Below, one piece after another: positions 12,201-27,200 of a stretch of DNA of 49,809 bases. Source of the DNA: Magnetospirillum sp. (GTDB taxonomy: Bacteria > Pseudomonadota > Alphaproteobacteria > Rhodospirillales > Magnetospirillaceae). Within the stretch, counting starts at the first letter, position 1; each line of letters begins with the position of its first letter. The notes beneath the pieces are model-generated. The model was given only the letters and a program-made list of their open reading frames with translations. It did no database searches and was not told the origin of the DNA. A program made the position numbers and the translations under genes. The stretch is taken from positions 1 to 49,809 of the forward strand of contig JACRFY010000088.1 of the NCBI GenBank assembly GCA_016212565.1, written 5' to 3'.

Positions 12201-15200
12201 GGTGTCGGGCACCACGCCGAGCATCGTGGCGATGGGCGCCACCCTCGACGGGCCGACGACGCTCAACGGCGAGTTCGGCGAGCTGACGCTCAACACCGAC
12301 GGCAGCTACACCTACACCCTCGACCAGGACCGGACGGCGACCAAGGCGCTGGCCGCCGGGGCCACCGCCACCGACGTCTTCACCGTCGCCACCCGCGAGA
12401 ACCAGTCGAGCGCGACCGGCAACGAAACGCTGACCATCACCGTCACCGGCACCAACGACGGCCCGGTGGCCACCGCCGACCAGACCACCTTCGGTGCGGC
12501 CCCGCTTCAGTTCGCGACCAACGGCGCCAGCCATTGGGAAAGCTTCACCATCGGCAGCGACACCTACCTGGCGGTGGCCAACGAGACCACCGGCGGATCG
12601 CAAAACCTCGATTCGGTGATCTACAAGTGGGATGGCAGCCAGTTCGCCCAGTTCCAGACCATCGCCACCCATGGCGGCTACGACCTCGAGAGCTTCGAGA
12701 TCGACGGCACCCGCTATCTGGCGGCGGCCAACTCGTTCGACGGCTCCAGCTACACCCTCAGTTCTCCGGTCTACAAGTGGGACGGCTCGACCTTCGTGTC
12801 GACGACCTCGCTGAACACCACCGGAACCCAGGACTTCGAGAGCTTCCGGATCAACGGCGAGACCTATCTCGCCGCCGCCAACAATCGCAGCGGATCCTCG
12901 ACCGTCGACATCGACTCGACCGTCTACAAGTGGACCGGCAGCAGCTTCACCAGTATCCAGCAGATCGCCACCCACACCGCCACCGGGTGGGAGAGCTTCG
13001 CCATCAATGGCGACACCTACCTGATGGGCACCGGCCTGAGCGGAAGCCAGTCCGACCTCTACAAGTGGAACACCGCCACCAGTCAGTTCGCCAGCGTGCA
13101 GAGTTTCGCCCTGAGCACCCACGCCAGCGCCTTCACCATCGGCAGCGACAGCTACCTCGCCCTGTCCGGCGCCACGCCGGCGATCTACAAGTGGAACGGC
13201 ACCCAGTTCCAGTCGTACCAGACCTTCAGCCACGACGCCGCCGACTGGGAGGTCTTCACCGCCGGCAGCGACACCTATCTGGCCCAGGCGGTCAATTGGG
13301 AAGCGGGAGACTTCAACACCAATTCCTACATCTACAAGTGGAACGGGACCCAGTTCGCCCAGACCCAGGCGATCCTCACCCACTGCGCCACGGACTGGGA
13401 GAGCGTCCAGGTCGACGGCCAGACCTATCTGGCGGTGGCCAACCGCTACAACGGGGCGAGCTTCAGCGAGACGTCGCCGCTCTACCGCCTCGACACCGCC
13501 AGCGGCCAGTTCGTCGCGGCGACCAACGTCACCCTCAACCTCGGCACCAGCGAGGACAAGGCGGTCAGCTTCAGCGCCGCCAGCCTGCTCGGCAACGACA
13601 GCGATGCCGACGGCGACACCCTGAGCGTGACCGCGGTGGCGATGGCCGAGGGCGACGAGAACAAGGGCACGGTCAGCCTGTCCGCCGGCACGGTGACCTT
13701 CACCCCCGGCGACGGGCTCGATTCTCTGAGCGCAGGCGCCACCCAGGACGTCCACGTCATCTACACCGTCTCCGACGGCCATGGCGGCACCGCCACGGCC
13801 ACCGCGGCCATCGCCGTCACCGGCACCAATGACACGCCGAGTGTGGTGTCGACGGTCAACGGCGCCCTCAGCCTCACCGGTGCCGGGGTGATCCTGCCCT
13901 CCACCAACGCCACCACCTTCACCGGTGCCGACGATTTCACCATCGTCATGGATATCAAGCCGTCCGGCGCCGGCCGACTGTATACCCAGACCGCCTACAA
14001 TTCCGGGCTGCAAATCTACACCGCGGTCAATGCCGACGGCTCGTTGACCTTCGGCCTCGACAAGCAGACCACCGGCGGCTGGGACTGGGCGGGTTCGCCG
14101 GCCAACACGTTGAGTTTTGGCGAGTGGGCACAGGTCACCTTCGTCAAGACCGGCGGCACCGCCAAGATCTACGTCGACGGCACCGAGGTGTTGTCCGACC
14201 CCATCGGCGCGGCGCAGTTGAGCGCCATCGATAACCCCCAGGGCAACCCGCTGTCGTTCGGCGAAGATGGCGCCGCCCGCTATACCGGCGAAATCAGCAC
14301 CCTCAAGATCTACACCACCGCGCTGAGCAGTGGTGACGCCACCACCCTGGCCGCCGGCGGCACCGTCGCCACCGGCCTCGCCGCCGATTGGCGCTTCGAC
14401 GAGGGCCAGGGGACCACGGTCGCCGATGCGTCCGGCGTCAGCGGCGCCATCAACCTCGCCACCGCCGTCACCGCCGGCACCACCGCCTGGACGGTGCCCG
14501 CCAAGGAAGACACCGCCATCACCGGATCGCTGCAGGTCAGCGACATCGACGGCGACACCCTCACCGTCACCACCCAGGTCGCTCCCGGCCACGGTGCGGT
14601 CAGTTGGGACAACACCACCAAGCAGTGGACCTATACCCCGGCGGCCAACTACACCGGCGCCGACACCTTCACCCTGCGGGTCAGCGACGGTCACGGCGGC
14701 ACGGTCGACAAGGCGTTCTCGGTCTCGGTCGGGGCGGTCGACGACGCCCCCGCCAACACCATGCCGGCTCCGGTCACGGTGCCCCATCACCTGGCGACGG
14801 CGATCACCGGCCTGTCGGTCGCCGATATCGATTCCGCGTCCCTGTCGGTGTCGCTGGGGGTCAATCATGGCATCCTGGCCCTCGGCACCACCACCAACCT
14901 GACGGTCACCGGCGCCGGCACCGGATCGGTGACGCTCAGCGGAACGCCCACGGCCCTCAATGCCGCCCTGGCCAGCCTCACCTACCAGGGGGCGACGAAC
15001 TACAGCGGGTCCGACACGCTGAGCGTTGCCACCTCGGACGGAACGTTCACCGATACCGATACCGTCGCCATCACCGTCAGTGCGGCGACCAACCATGCCC
15101 CCACCCCGGACAGTGCGGCCCTCTTCGATGGCGTCGGCGACTACGCCTCGGCAGGCAACGTCTTCAACGTCGGATCCGGCGACTTCACCGTCGAGGCGTG

Positions 15201-18200
15201 GATCAATCCCAACGCCGCCACCGCGGCCGCCCACGCGGTGATCCTCGGCAAGGAGATGACCAACCAGGGCGCGGCGCAGTTCCGCCTTCAGCTCGCCGAC
15301 GGCAAGCCGGCCTTCATGATGGCCGGCACCGGCGGCGCATTGTGGACGGAGTCGGGCTACGACCTCCAGGCGCCGGCCGCGGTTGTCGCCGGCACCTGGA
15401 CCCATGTCGCCGCCACCCGCGCGGGGACGCTGTTCACCCTTTACGTTAACGGTGTGGCGGTCGACACCTTCACCTCGGCCCAGGTCATCGACACCGCCAA
15501 CAGCTACCCGCTGGTGGTCGGCGGCAGTTGGACCGGCAGCGGGGTAACCGGCGCGTTCGGCGGCGCCATCGGCGAGATCCGCCTGTGGACCGAGGCCCGC
15601 AGCGGCGCCGAGATCGCCGCCAACTACGACACCGTCCTCACCGACCCCGGCGCCACCCTCGCCACCCAGTGGATGTTCGATTCGGTCACCGGCGGCGTGG
15701 TCGCCGGCACCTTGCCGCTGACCCTGGCCGGCGCCAGCCTGATCAACACCTTTGCCACCGACGAAGATTCTCCGCTCGCCGTCCCGGTCGCCGATCTGCT
15801 GCGCAACGACAGCGACGCCGACGGCGACACGTTGAGCGTCACCGCGGTGGCGATGGCCAGCGGCGACGAGGACAAGGGCACGGTCAGCCTCAACGCCGGC
15901 ACCGTCACCTTCACCCCCGACGCCTCGTTCGATGCCCTGGCGGCGGGCGCCAGCCAGGATGTCCACTTCACCTACTCCGTCTCCGACGGCCACGGCGGCA
16001 CCGCCACGGCCACGGCGACCGTCACCGTCACCGGCACCGACGATGCGCCGCTGATCCTCGCCCCCAACGGCACCGGGGCCGGGTTCCCGAACTACACCAC
16101 CGACACCTACCTCAAAAGCGACGACTTCCACGGCCTCGGCTCGAGCGCCGGGGCGCTGACGGTCGAATTCTGGGCCAATTTCGCCGCCAAGGTGCCGACC
16201 TCCGACCACAACACCGTGCTGTCCTACATCGACCCCCAGGGCCACAAGCTGGCGGTGTGGTGCGACGGCACCGGCGATCTCGGCGTCACCATCGACGGCC
16301 AGCAGGCGACCACCCCCACCGGCGCCGAGTTCGACGTCGGCGCCTGGCACCACGTCGCGGTGGTGTGGAACTCGACCCACGGCACCCTGATGGTGGTGAA
16401 GGACGGCTCGCCGGTCCTGGTCACCAGCGGCCTCGCCAGCGGCGTCACCTTCGCCGAGGGCGGCACCCTGGTGGTCGGCCAGGACCAGACCGTCCCCGGC
16501 GGCGGCTTCACCGAAGACACCGCCTTTGGCGGCGCGCTGGACACGGTGAGGATCTGGAACACCGCCCGCTCGATCGCCGGCATCCGCGACGGCATGGACG
16601 GCACGCTGACCAGCTCGACCGGGCTGATCGCCGATTGGAGCCTCGACGACCTCAGCGGCAGCACCGCCGCCGACACCAGCACCGCCCACGACAACGGGCT
16701 GTCGCTGTTCGGCGACCTCGCCCCGGCCGGCATGGCCAGCGGCACCGAGGGTGTGGACCCCAGCTTCCAGCCGCGCGCGGTCGATCCCGACGGCACCACC
16801 CCCACCGTGTCGGTGAGCGCCGCGACGCCGTCCGGCGCCACCGTCTCGATGACCAGTGGCACCGCGCACTACCAGGCCTCCACCGACTTCAACGGCACCG
16901 GCACGGTGGCGGTCTCGGCCACCGACGGCACCAACTCGGTGTCGAAGACCGTCTCGGTCGACATCCTGCCGACCAACGACCCGGTTTCCCTCCGCCCCCT
17001 CGCCACGGTCGGCGGCAGCAATTCCGGTCGCTTCACCGGCACCGGCGTCGCCGAGACCGCCACCGTGGCCATCGCCGGCACCGGCGCGGTGACGATGGAA
17101 ATGCTGGTGCGCTGGGATGGCCCCGGCGACGGCACCATCTTCTACAACGGCACCTACAACTTCGACGGCTTCGGCCTGATCGTCGACGGCGGGTGCTTCG
17201 CCATCAAGGTGGGCGAGATCGTCCTCCAGGGCGATGCCGCGGTGTTGAAGAACACCTGGCAGCACGTGGCGGCCACCTATGACGGCAGCACCTGGGCCCT
17301 GTTCGTCAACGGCACGGAAACGACGACGTCCAATGCCGGTGCGGCGATCTACACGCCCACCGGCACGACCCGGGTCGGCGGGACCGCCGACGGCTTCCCC
17401 GGACTGGTCGACGAAGTGCGGCTGTGGTCGGACGTGCGCACGCCGCAGGAGATCGAAGCCAACATGTTCGGCCAGTTGGCCGATCCGTCGGATACCAGCC
17501 TCAAGGGCTATTGGCGCTTCGAAGAGGGCAGCGGCACCTCCACCGCCGACCTGTCGACCGGCGGCCACGGCCTGACCCTGACGAATGCGACCTTCTCCGC
17601 CACCACCTACGACGGCACCGAGCGTTCGGTGGCCGAAGACCAGGTGCTGACCGGCACCATCCGGGTCTCCGACACCGACGGCGACGAGGTGGCCTATGTC
17701 GCCACCCAGGCCACGCACGGCGCGGTGAGCATCGAGCGCACCGGGGGCGTGGAGACCATCGACGGCACGCCGTGGGCGACCTACACCTGGACCTACGTCC
17801 CCGCCGCCAATTGGAACAGCGGCAGCGGCACGCCGGTGGTGGACAGCTTCACCCTGGGCGGCCGCTCGCCCGACGACGCGCCGGTGACCAAGACCATCAC
17901 CATCAACGTCGCCGCCGTCAACGACAGGCCGGTGGTGGCCGGCGGCCACACCGTGACCCTGACCGCCGTCGCCGAGGACTGGCAGCCGCCGGTCGGCTTC
18001 ACCACCGACGGCTCGACCCTGGTCTCCGCCCTGGTCGCCACCGGAGTGTCCGACGCCGACTTCGCCGGCCCGTTCGGCATCGCCGTCACCGACGCCGACA
18101 CCGCCCATGGGCAGTGGCAATACAGCGTCGACGGCGGCAGTTATTGGATCCAGTTCGGCACCCTCGATGCCTCCTCGGCGACCCTGCTGTTCGGATCCGC

Positions 18201-21200
18201 CCGGATCCGCTTCCTTCCCAACGCCGATTTCAGCGGCACCGCCGCGCTGACCTACCGCGCCTGGGATACCGGCGGCGACTATTACAACGGCGAAACCGGC
18301 GTTCCGTTGACCGGCGGCGCGAACAGCCCGTTCAGCGCCAACCAGGCCACCGCCACCGTCACCGTCACCGACGATGGCGCCCCGACCATCACCAGTTCGT
18401 CGTACACCGTCGCCGAGGACGGAACGCTGACCGGCACCCTGACGGCCACCGATCCCCAGAACGACGCCGTCACCTTCGCCACCACCGGCACCCCCAGCCA
18501 CGGCACCGTCGCGGTCGCGGCCAACGGCGCCTTCACCTACCGTCCCAGCGCCGAGTGGAACGGAAGCGATTCCTTCACCGTCATCGCCACCGACGCTGCG
18601 AACCACAGCACCACCAAGACGATCAGCGTCGACGTCACCGCCGTCAACGACGCCCCGCAAGTGGCCGGCGCCGGGGTGCGCCAAGGGGTAGTGTCGCTCG
18701 AAAACGGCGTCACCGCGTCGACGGTGTTCGCCGACAACACCTTTGCCAACGGCGTCACCATCGAACTCGACGTCAAGCTGGAGGCCAACAACGCCCTGGC
18801 GCAGACCCTGGTGCAACTGGGCGGCCTCAGCGTCGGCATCGATGCCGCCGGCAACCTGACCTGCACGGCCGGCAACCTCTTCGCCATCGGCCCGCATCTG
18901 ACCGCCGGGGAATGGACCCACCTCGCCCTGCGCACCACCACCGATCCGACCACCGGCCATCGCGGCCTGACCCTGATGGGCGAAGACGGGTCGCTGGCGT
19001 CGACCGCCAGCAGTCCCACCTTCGCCCTCCCCGCCGCGGTGCCGACCCTGACGCTGGGCGGGACCAATATCGACGTGCTGCTCGACAATCTGCGGGTGTG
19101 GAGCGTCGAGCGCTCGGATTCCGAGCTGATCGCCGGCACCCATGTGTTGCCGTCCGGGTCGGAGAGCGGTCTGGTCGGCCTGTGGACCTTCGACCCCGAT
19201 GCCGCCAATCTGCGCACCGTCGCCGACCTCGCCGGCACCGACAACGCGTTGCAGATCAACGGCAACGGCATCGCTCCCGCGGTCCTGGCGCCGCCGGTGG
19301 CGGCGATGGACTTCGACGGATCCGGCGGCCTGACCATCAACACCGGCGAGGGCCAAGCGGTGTCCGCCGCCATGACCTTCGAGACCTGGATCCGGCCCGA
19401 AGCGTTGAACTGCCAGATTGCCGGCCAGCAAGCCTTGACTGGCAGCCCCCTCCCCGCCTGGCACCTGGGCCTGGACGCCACCGGCCTGCTCCATTTCGCA
19501 GCCGGCGGCGGCACCGCGACAACGACTGCGGCCCTGACGGTCGGCGAGTGGGCCCATGTGGCGACCAGCTACGAGGCCGCCACCGGCACCGCGCGCATCT
19601 ACATCAACGGCGTCCTGGCGGCGCAGACCGTCGGCACCCCGACCCCCATCGCCGCCGTCGACGGGCCGATAACCCTCGGCTGGCATACCGACAGCGATCC
19701 GATCCCCTTCACCGGCCAGATGGCCGATGCCCGGCTGTGGAGCACCGCCCGCACCCAGACCGAGATCGTCGAGACCATGAACGGCACCGTCTCGGGCACC
19801 GAGAGCGGCCTGGTCGGCGCGTGGTCGCTGGTCGACGGCGCCGGCCGCGACAGCGTCGGCGACGCCCACCTGGTCGGCGGCGTCGCCTGGGCGGCGCCCA
19901 CCGGCACCGGCCTGCCCTTGGATGCGGCCAAGGTGCTCGATTTCAACGGCACCAGCGGCCGGGTGGAGATCGGCACCGAGGGGCTGGGCCTCGATCCCGA
20001 TGTCCGCACCGTCGAGTTCTGGTTCAAGCCGGATACCGCACCGGTCGACATGACGACGCTGTTTGCCGATGGCAATCTCGACGACTGGGGCTTCCATCTC
20101 AATCTCAACGCCGACCGCACCGTCGAGTTCTCCACCTCCGACACGGCGAACGCCGAGCACACCGTCACCAGCACCGCCGTTTCGCTCGACAGCTGGCACC
20201 ATCTGGTGGCGTCCTACTCGGCCGGCGGCCAGCAGAAACTCTCCATCGACGGCACTGCGGTGGCGATCGCCGCCACCACGCCGCTGCGCACCTCGGCCGA
20301 GCCGGTCATCGACGTCGGCGCCTGGAGTCATAACGGCACCGCCGAGCGCTTCTTCGACGGCCAGATGACCGACCTGCGGATCTGGAACGTCGTTCCGGCC
20401 AACACGGACGACGCCGGAAATGTCCGCCTGGCCGGCAGCGAGCCGGATCTGGCCGGCTATTGGCGCTTCGACGAGACCAGCGGCGTTGTCGCCGCCAACC
20501 GGGTCGGCGACGCCATCGAGCGCGGCGAAGCGCAGGTGCTCGGGGCGACGTGGTCGGCGCCAAGCGCCGGCCTGCCCGCCGGCATGGTCGACAAGGCCAG
20601 CGTGTTGACGCTGAACGATGCCGGCGCCCACGTCACCACCTCCGGCACCGTGCGATTTGGCTCGCACACGGTGGAGACGTGGTTCCGTACGACCGACAAT
20701 ACCGCCGGTCAGGGCATCGTCTCGCTGCTGAATCCGCAGCAAGACGGCTCGGTGCAGATGACACTGACCGCCGACGGCCGGATGCGGGTAGGCATCTACG
20801 ACACGGCCGGCGTCCCCACGGCCACCGAGACATCAACCGCCATCAACGATGGCACCTGGCACCACCTGGCCTACAGCTACGATGTGACAGGCCGGCTCCT
20901 GACCTTGTACGTGGACGGCACGCTGTCGGCCACGCTGTCCAATACCGACCTCAGCACCGCGTTCACCCTGGAAGGCCCGCTGGCGTTCGGCTTCAACCGC
21001 GCCAATTACGGCTCGCCGGCCAACGCGCAGATCACCGACGTCCGGGTGTGGGACAGCGCGCTGACCCAAGCGGTCATCCAGGGCCACAAGGATGTCCGCC
21101 TCGGCGGCGGCGAAAGCGGCCTGCTCGCCTACTACCAATTGAACGAGGGTGTCGGCTCCACCGTCGCGGACTTTGCCCATCCGACCGCCGACGACGTCAC

Positions 21201-24200
21201 CCTGTACGCCGTCGGCGGCGCGGCGTTCGGCGCCCCCTCAGGCACCATGCCGCTGGGCGCCACCGCGGTGCTCAAGCTCGACGGCACCGACGACATGCTG
21301 CGCTCGGATGCGGTGGTCGAGCTGGGCTCGCACACGGTCGAGACCTGGGTCAAGACCACCGACGGCCGCTGGTTCGCCGGCCTGACCTCGATCCGCGACT
21401 CCAACACCGGCCTCAGCGGCAGCGGCGGCTGGGTGCAGTTGGTCATCGACGACAACGGCCATCCCAAGGTCGAGATCGCCGACAATGGCGGCGCTTGGGA
21501 GTGGCCGACCGCCACCGGAATCAGCGTCAAGGACGGCGCCTGGCACCACGTCGCCTATTCCTACGACGCCACCGCCAAGGTGTTCAGCTTCTACATCGAC
21601 GGCCAGTTCTGCAACACCGTCACCGTGACCAGCATTCCCACCGGCTTCACCGCCAGCGGCCCGTTCCAGATCGGCGCCTCGCGCAACACCGAAACCGGCA
21701 CCCCCTTCCTCGCCGGCGAAATGGCCGATACCCGGCTGTGGAGCGACGTCCGCTCCGCCGCCGAGATCGCCGCCAACTACAACCAGCGCCTCTCCGGCAG
21801 CGAAGACGGCCTGCTCGGTTATTGGCGTCTCGACGAGGCCGCCGGCACGACGGCGATTGCCAGCGATGCCTCGGGCACGTGGACCGACAGCGGCGTCGTC
21901 GCCGTCACCGCTCTGGCCACCGCCGAGGACACGCCGGTGATCGGCAAGGTGATCGCCGCCGACGTCGAAAGCGCCGCCCTCACCTATACGTGCAAGACCG
22001 CCCCCGGCAACGGTGCCGTGGAGCTCAACGCCGACGGCACCTTCCGCTATACGCCGAAGGCCGGCTATGCCGGCAGCGACAGCTTCACCGTGTCGGTCAC
22101 CGATGCCGCCGGAACGGCGGTCGACAAGACCTTCACCGTCACCGTCGCCGACACCACCGAAATCGACGGCGCCAATGTCGGCGGCAGCTTCCTGCAGGCG
22201 ACCGGCGCCGTGGCGCCCCATTACCAGCAGAGCTTTGCCGCCAACACCTTCACCAACGCCTTCACCGTCGAATTCGACCTCAACCCGAGCGATTTCGGCA
22301 TCGGCCACAGGCTGTTCCGCCTCGGCGGCGATGCCGCCCCGTTCTTCACGGTCGGCTTCGACGAAGGCGGCCATGTTCAATTGACCAGCAGTTCCGGCAC
22401 CCTGACCACCAGCGACATCCTCAACCTCGGGGATTGGAACAAGGTGGCGGTGACCTTCGCCGGCGGCGAGGCGCTGATCAGCATCGATGGCGAGGTGGTC
22501 AAGAGCGGCACCATCGCCTACACGCCGCTCGCCGGCGGACAGCAGACCATGCGTCTGGTCAGCGACGACGCCACCAACGGCTCGCTGCATGACAGCAGCT
22601 TCGGCCTCGACAACGTCAAGCTGTGGAACATCGCCCGGACTCCGTCCGAAATCGAGGCCGGCTCGACCGCCGTGTCGAACGGCAACGAGACCGGCCTGGT
22701 CGGCTATTGGACCTTCGACGAGGCCGGCGCCGTGGTGGTCGAGGACCTGGCCGCGGCCGGCGGGCAGCAGGACCTGGTTCTGGCCGCGGCCCCGGTCGGG
22801 GCAATGCATTTCGACGGCAACGACGGCCTGACCATTGCCGACCATGCTGCCCTGGCGACCGGCGCCGGCGCCTTCACCTACGAGGCATGGATCCGCACCA
22901 GCGATGCGACCAACCGCCAGGAAATCATCGCCATCGGCGACAACAACACGGCGCGAGCGAAGGCCTCCATCTACGTCAGCGGCGGCACGCTGCACTTCGA
23001 ACTGTCCCAGGCCGGCGAGGCGATCTCGTTTACCAACGTCGCCGACGGCCAGTGGCACCACGTCGCCGCCACCATGCAGATCGATGCCACCGTGCAGCTC
23101 TATGTCGACGGCGTCTTCGACGGCTCCGGCAGCTTCGGCTTCTACGACATCACCGAAGGCGCCGCAGTCATCGGCCAGGACATCCTGCTGGGCGGCAACC
23201 ACTTTGCCGGCGAGATCGCGGAAGTGCGGGTGTGGAACCAGACGCGGACCGCCACCGAAATCGCTGACACCATGAACCAACGGCTCAGCGGCACCGAAGG
23301 CGGACTGCTCAGCTATTGGAAGCTCGACAACGTCGCCGCCGGCATCGCCCCGGACAGTTCGCTGGCCAACGGCGCCCAGAGCGCCACGGTGATGGGCTCT
23401 CCGACGGTCGTCACCACCGCCCCGCCGCCGATCACCGACGGCGTTGCGGTCATCGAACCGCCCAGCCAGGGTACCCACTTCGACGGCACCGGCGACTATA
23501 TCCGCTCCGACAGCACGCTGACCCTCGGCGCCCACACCACCGAGCTGTGGATCAAGAGCGACGACCACTTCGATGCGTGGAGCGGAATCCTCGGCAAGTT
23601 CGCCTCGCTGTCCTCCGACTACGGTCATCTCCACATCCGGGTAGATGGCGGCGGCGGCAATCACACCGATTACGTCTCCGAGGGCGTGATCCTCGACGGC
23701 GCCTGGCACCACATCGCCTACAGCTGCGATCCCACCGCCGCGATCGACGACCGCATCGTCCTGTATGTCGACGGCGTGGCAGCCAGCTTGGCTGTCTCCG
23801 CCGCCGGCGCCTTAACCACCGCCCTCACCGACGTGGAATTGCCGGTGATCATCGGCGATAGAGATGGCGATGGGACCCACACCATCGACGGCACCCTTGC
23901 CGACGTGCGCATCTGGGCCGGAATCCGAACCGCCGACCAGATTGCCGCCACCATGAACGAGCGGCTGTCCGGCGACGAGAGCGGCCTGATCGCCAACTGG
24001 CGCCTCGACGATCTGTCCGGCACCACGGTCCCGGCCCAGCGCGGCCCGGCGGCGACCTTGACCGGCACCGCCACCGTCGAGGCCATCGCCACCGACGTCT
24101 CGTCGCTGACCATCACCACGCCCGAGGACACCGCCTTTGCCGGCCAGCTCGACGGCTGGGACCCGGTGCAGGGCGACACCCTGCTGTGGGCCAAGGTCGC

Positions 24201-27200
24201 CAACAGCGTCCACGGCGGCACGGTCACCGTCGAAAGCGACGGCCGCTTCACCTACGTCCCCGCCGCCAATTACAGCGGCGCCGACAGCTTCCAGGTCAAG
24301 GCCTGGGACGGCAGCGCATGGACGACGCAGACCATCGCCGTCACCGTCGAAGACTCCACCGATTTCCTCGGCGTCCAGGACGGCGGGGCCTTCCTCCAGG
24401 TCACCCCGGGCGGGTTGCCGATCAGCCAGCAGACCTTTACCGCCGGCACCTTCGCGCGCGCCTTCACCTTCGAGACCGACATCAACGTCAGCGATTTCGG
24501 CGTCGTCTCGCAGTCCTTCAGCGGCCATCCGTTCTTCCGCCTCGGCGACGATGCCGGCACCGGCGGCTTCACCCTCGGCTTCGACCTCGACGGCGTCATC
24601 CATCTCGCCGGCACCACCGGGGCGATGGTGTCCTCCGCCAGCGGCGCCCTGGACGCCGACACCTGGCACCATCTCGGCGTCAGCTACGACGGCAGCACGG
24701 CGGTGATCACCGTCGACGGCGAGATCGCCGCCAGCGGGTCGCTGGGCGCGATCACCGTCGCCCAGCAGGTGATGCGGCTGATCGACGCCAATCCGCTGGG
24801 CGACGCCCACGGCGCCGCCTTCGCGCTGGACAACACCCGGCTGTGGAACGTCGCCCGGACTCCGGCCGAGATCGCCGCGACCGCCCACACCACGCTGGAC
24901 GGCGACGAAAGCGGCCTGATCGGTTCCTGGACCTTCGACGGCGAGGCCGGCGGCTCCGTCGCCCACGATCTGGCCGCGGCGGGCGGACGCCAGGATCTGA
25001 CCGTCGAGACCCAGGCCGCCAGCCAGGGCCTGCTCACCGATGGCCGGAGCCTCGCCACCGCCACGCCGGTGACCCAACAGCTCGACAACATCACCATGGA
25101 GGCCTGGCTGCGCCGCGACGGCACCGGCGGCGCGCAGATGGTGATCTATAATGGAAATTCCGGCTTTAACGGCTACGGCATCCTGGTCGACACGACCTCC
25201 GGCCAGCCGAAGATCCTGTGCGGCGGCTCCGGCTACGTCACCGCCACCAGCGCCACCATCGCGGTCGGCGACTGGCACCACATCGCCGCCACCCGCTCGG
25301 GCGGCACTTGGCACATGTATCTCGACGGCAGCGAGATCGCCGTCGACGGCGCGTCAACCGCCCCCGTCAGCACCGCGGTGACCGGCGTCACCGGCGTCGG
25401 CGGCGTGTCCACGACCGGCTTCAACGGCGCCCTGGCGGACGCCCGGCTGTGGACGGTAGCCCGCACCGCCGACGAGATCCGCGAGACCATGGACACGCGG
25501 CTGTCGGGGAACGAGACCGGACTGGCCGGCTACTGGCGCCTCGACGACCTCAGCGGCTCGGTGGCGCCCGATCTGGCCAGCGCCGGCGGCACCAGCAACA
25601 TGACCCTGGCCGGCACGCGCGCCATGACCGATGGCCCGCCGCTGCACGCCAACGTCACCATCATCGAGCCGCCGCAGCAGGGCATTCATTTCGACGGCAG
25701 CGGCGATTTCATCGCCACCGCCGCCTCCCTGACTCTGGGTGCCCATACCACCGAGTTGTGGATCAGGAGCGAGGACCATTCTCGTTCTTGGGGTGGTATC
25801 GTCGGCAAATTCGTTTCACTGTCGTCCGACTATGGTCGCCTTCGCATCCAGGTGGATGGCGGTGGCGGCAATTACACCGATTACATCACCAGCGACATCA
25901 TCCTCGATGGCGTCTGGCACCACATCGCCTACGGCTACGATCCCACCGCCGCGGTCGCCGACCGCGTCACCCTGTATGTCGATGGCGTCGAGACGGCTCT
26001 CGGCATCACCACCATCGGCGACATGACCACCGCCCCCACCGCCATCGCCTCGTCGGTGGTGATCGGCGATTCGGAAGGCGACGGCGCTCACACCATCGAC
26101 GGTACCCTCGCCGACGTGCGCATCTGGAACGGCGTCCGCAGCGCCGACCAGATCGCCGAGACCATGAACCAGCGGCTGTCGGGCGACGAGAGCGGACTGG
26201 TCGCCAACTGGGTCCTCGACGACGTCAGCGGCAGCACGGTTCCGGCCCTCGTCGGCCCAGCGGCCACCCTGACCGGGGCGACCGTCGCGGATATCGCCAC
26301 CGACGTCCACAGCCTCAGCATCGCCACCAGCGAGGACACCGCGATCCACGGCACCCTCGCCGCCACCGATCCGCAACTGAGCGGCGCGCTGACCTGGTCG
26401 CTGGCCGCCGGCGGGACCCCGCACGGCACGGTCAGCGTCGCCGCCGACGGCAGCTTCGTCTACACGCCGACCGCCGGCTATGCCGGTACCGCCAGCTTCA
26501 ACGTCGCGGTCGTCGACGCCCAGGGGGCGTCGAGCACCCAGACCATCACCGTCAAGGTCGCCGACACCACCGAGGTGCTCGGCGTCACCACCGGCGGCGC
26601 GCGGATGCGCTTCGACGGCGCCACCACCCTGTCGCTGGCCAGCCCCGCGACCGTCGCCACCGGCACCGGCGACTTCACCTGGGAGGCGGTGATCCGCACC
26701 GGCCAGACCGGCGGGCGCATGGACCTGATCGACATCGGCAGCGTCACCGCGGGCGCAAACCGCATGGCGACGCTGATGGTCCAGGACGGCAAGGCGTCGT
26801 TCGCGGTTCGCGACCAGTCGGCCCTGACCGGCGAGAGCAACATCGCCGACGGCCTGTGGCACCATGTGGCGGTGACCTACGCCAAGGCCACCGGCGAAGC
26901 GCAACTGGTGGTCGACGGCGTCGCCGAAGGCAGTGCGGTGCGGATCAACCCCGACCTGGCCAGCGACTTCGCCACCGTCGGCGGGGCCAAATGGACCGGC
27001 ACCTACAACTTCGTCGGCGAGATGGAAGAGGTGCGGCTGTGGAACGTCGCCCGCAGCCCCGACGACATCGCCGCCGCGATGCATTCCCCGTTGAGCGGTA
27101 GCGAGACCGGCCTGGTCACCTGGCTGCGCCCCGAGGACGGCAGCGCCGACACCATCGCCGACCTGGCCGGCGGCAACAACACCGCCACGGCGGTGCGCAT

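Noticed and set aside
17424-20333. Long same-strand off-frame ORFs inside the giant gene (17424..20333, 20460..22592, 25218..27101, 28284..30875, 30903..33338, 12534..13832, 15528..17282 and others)
   Set aside because: The translations are Arg/Pro/Gly/His-rich, typical of +1/+2 frames of GC-rich genes. Frame 1 explains the whole region with recognisable domains.
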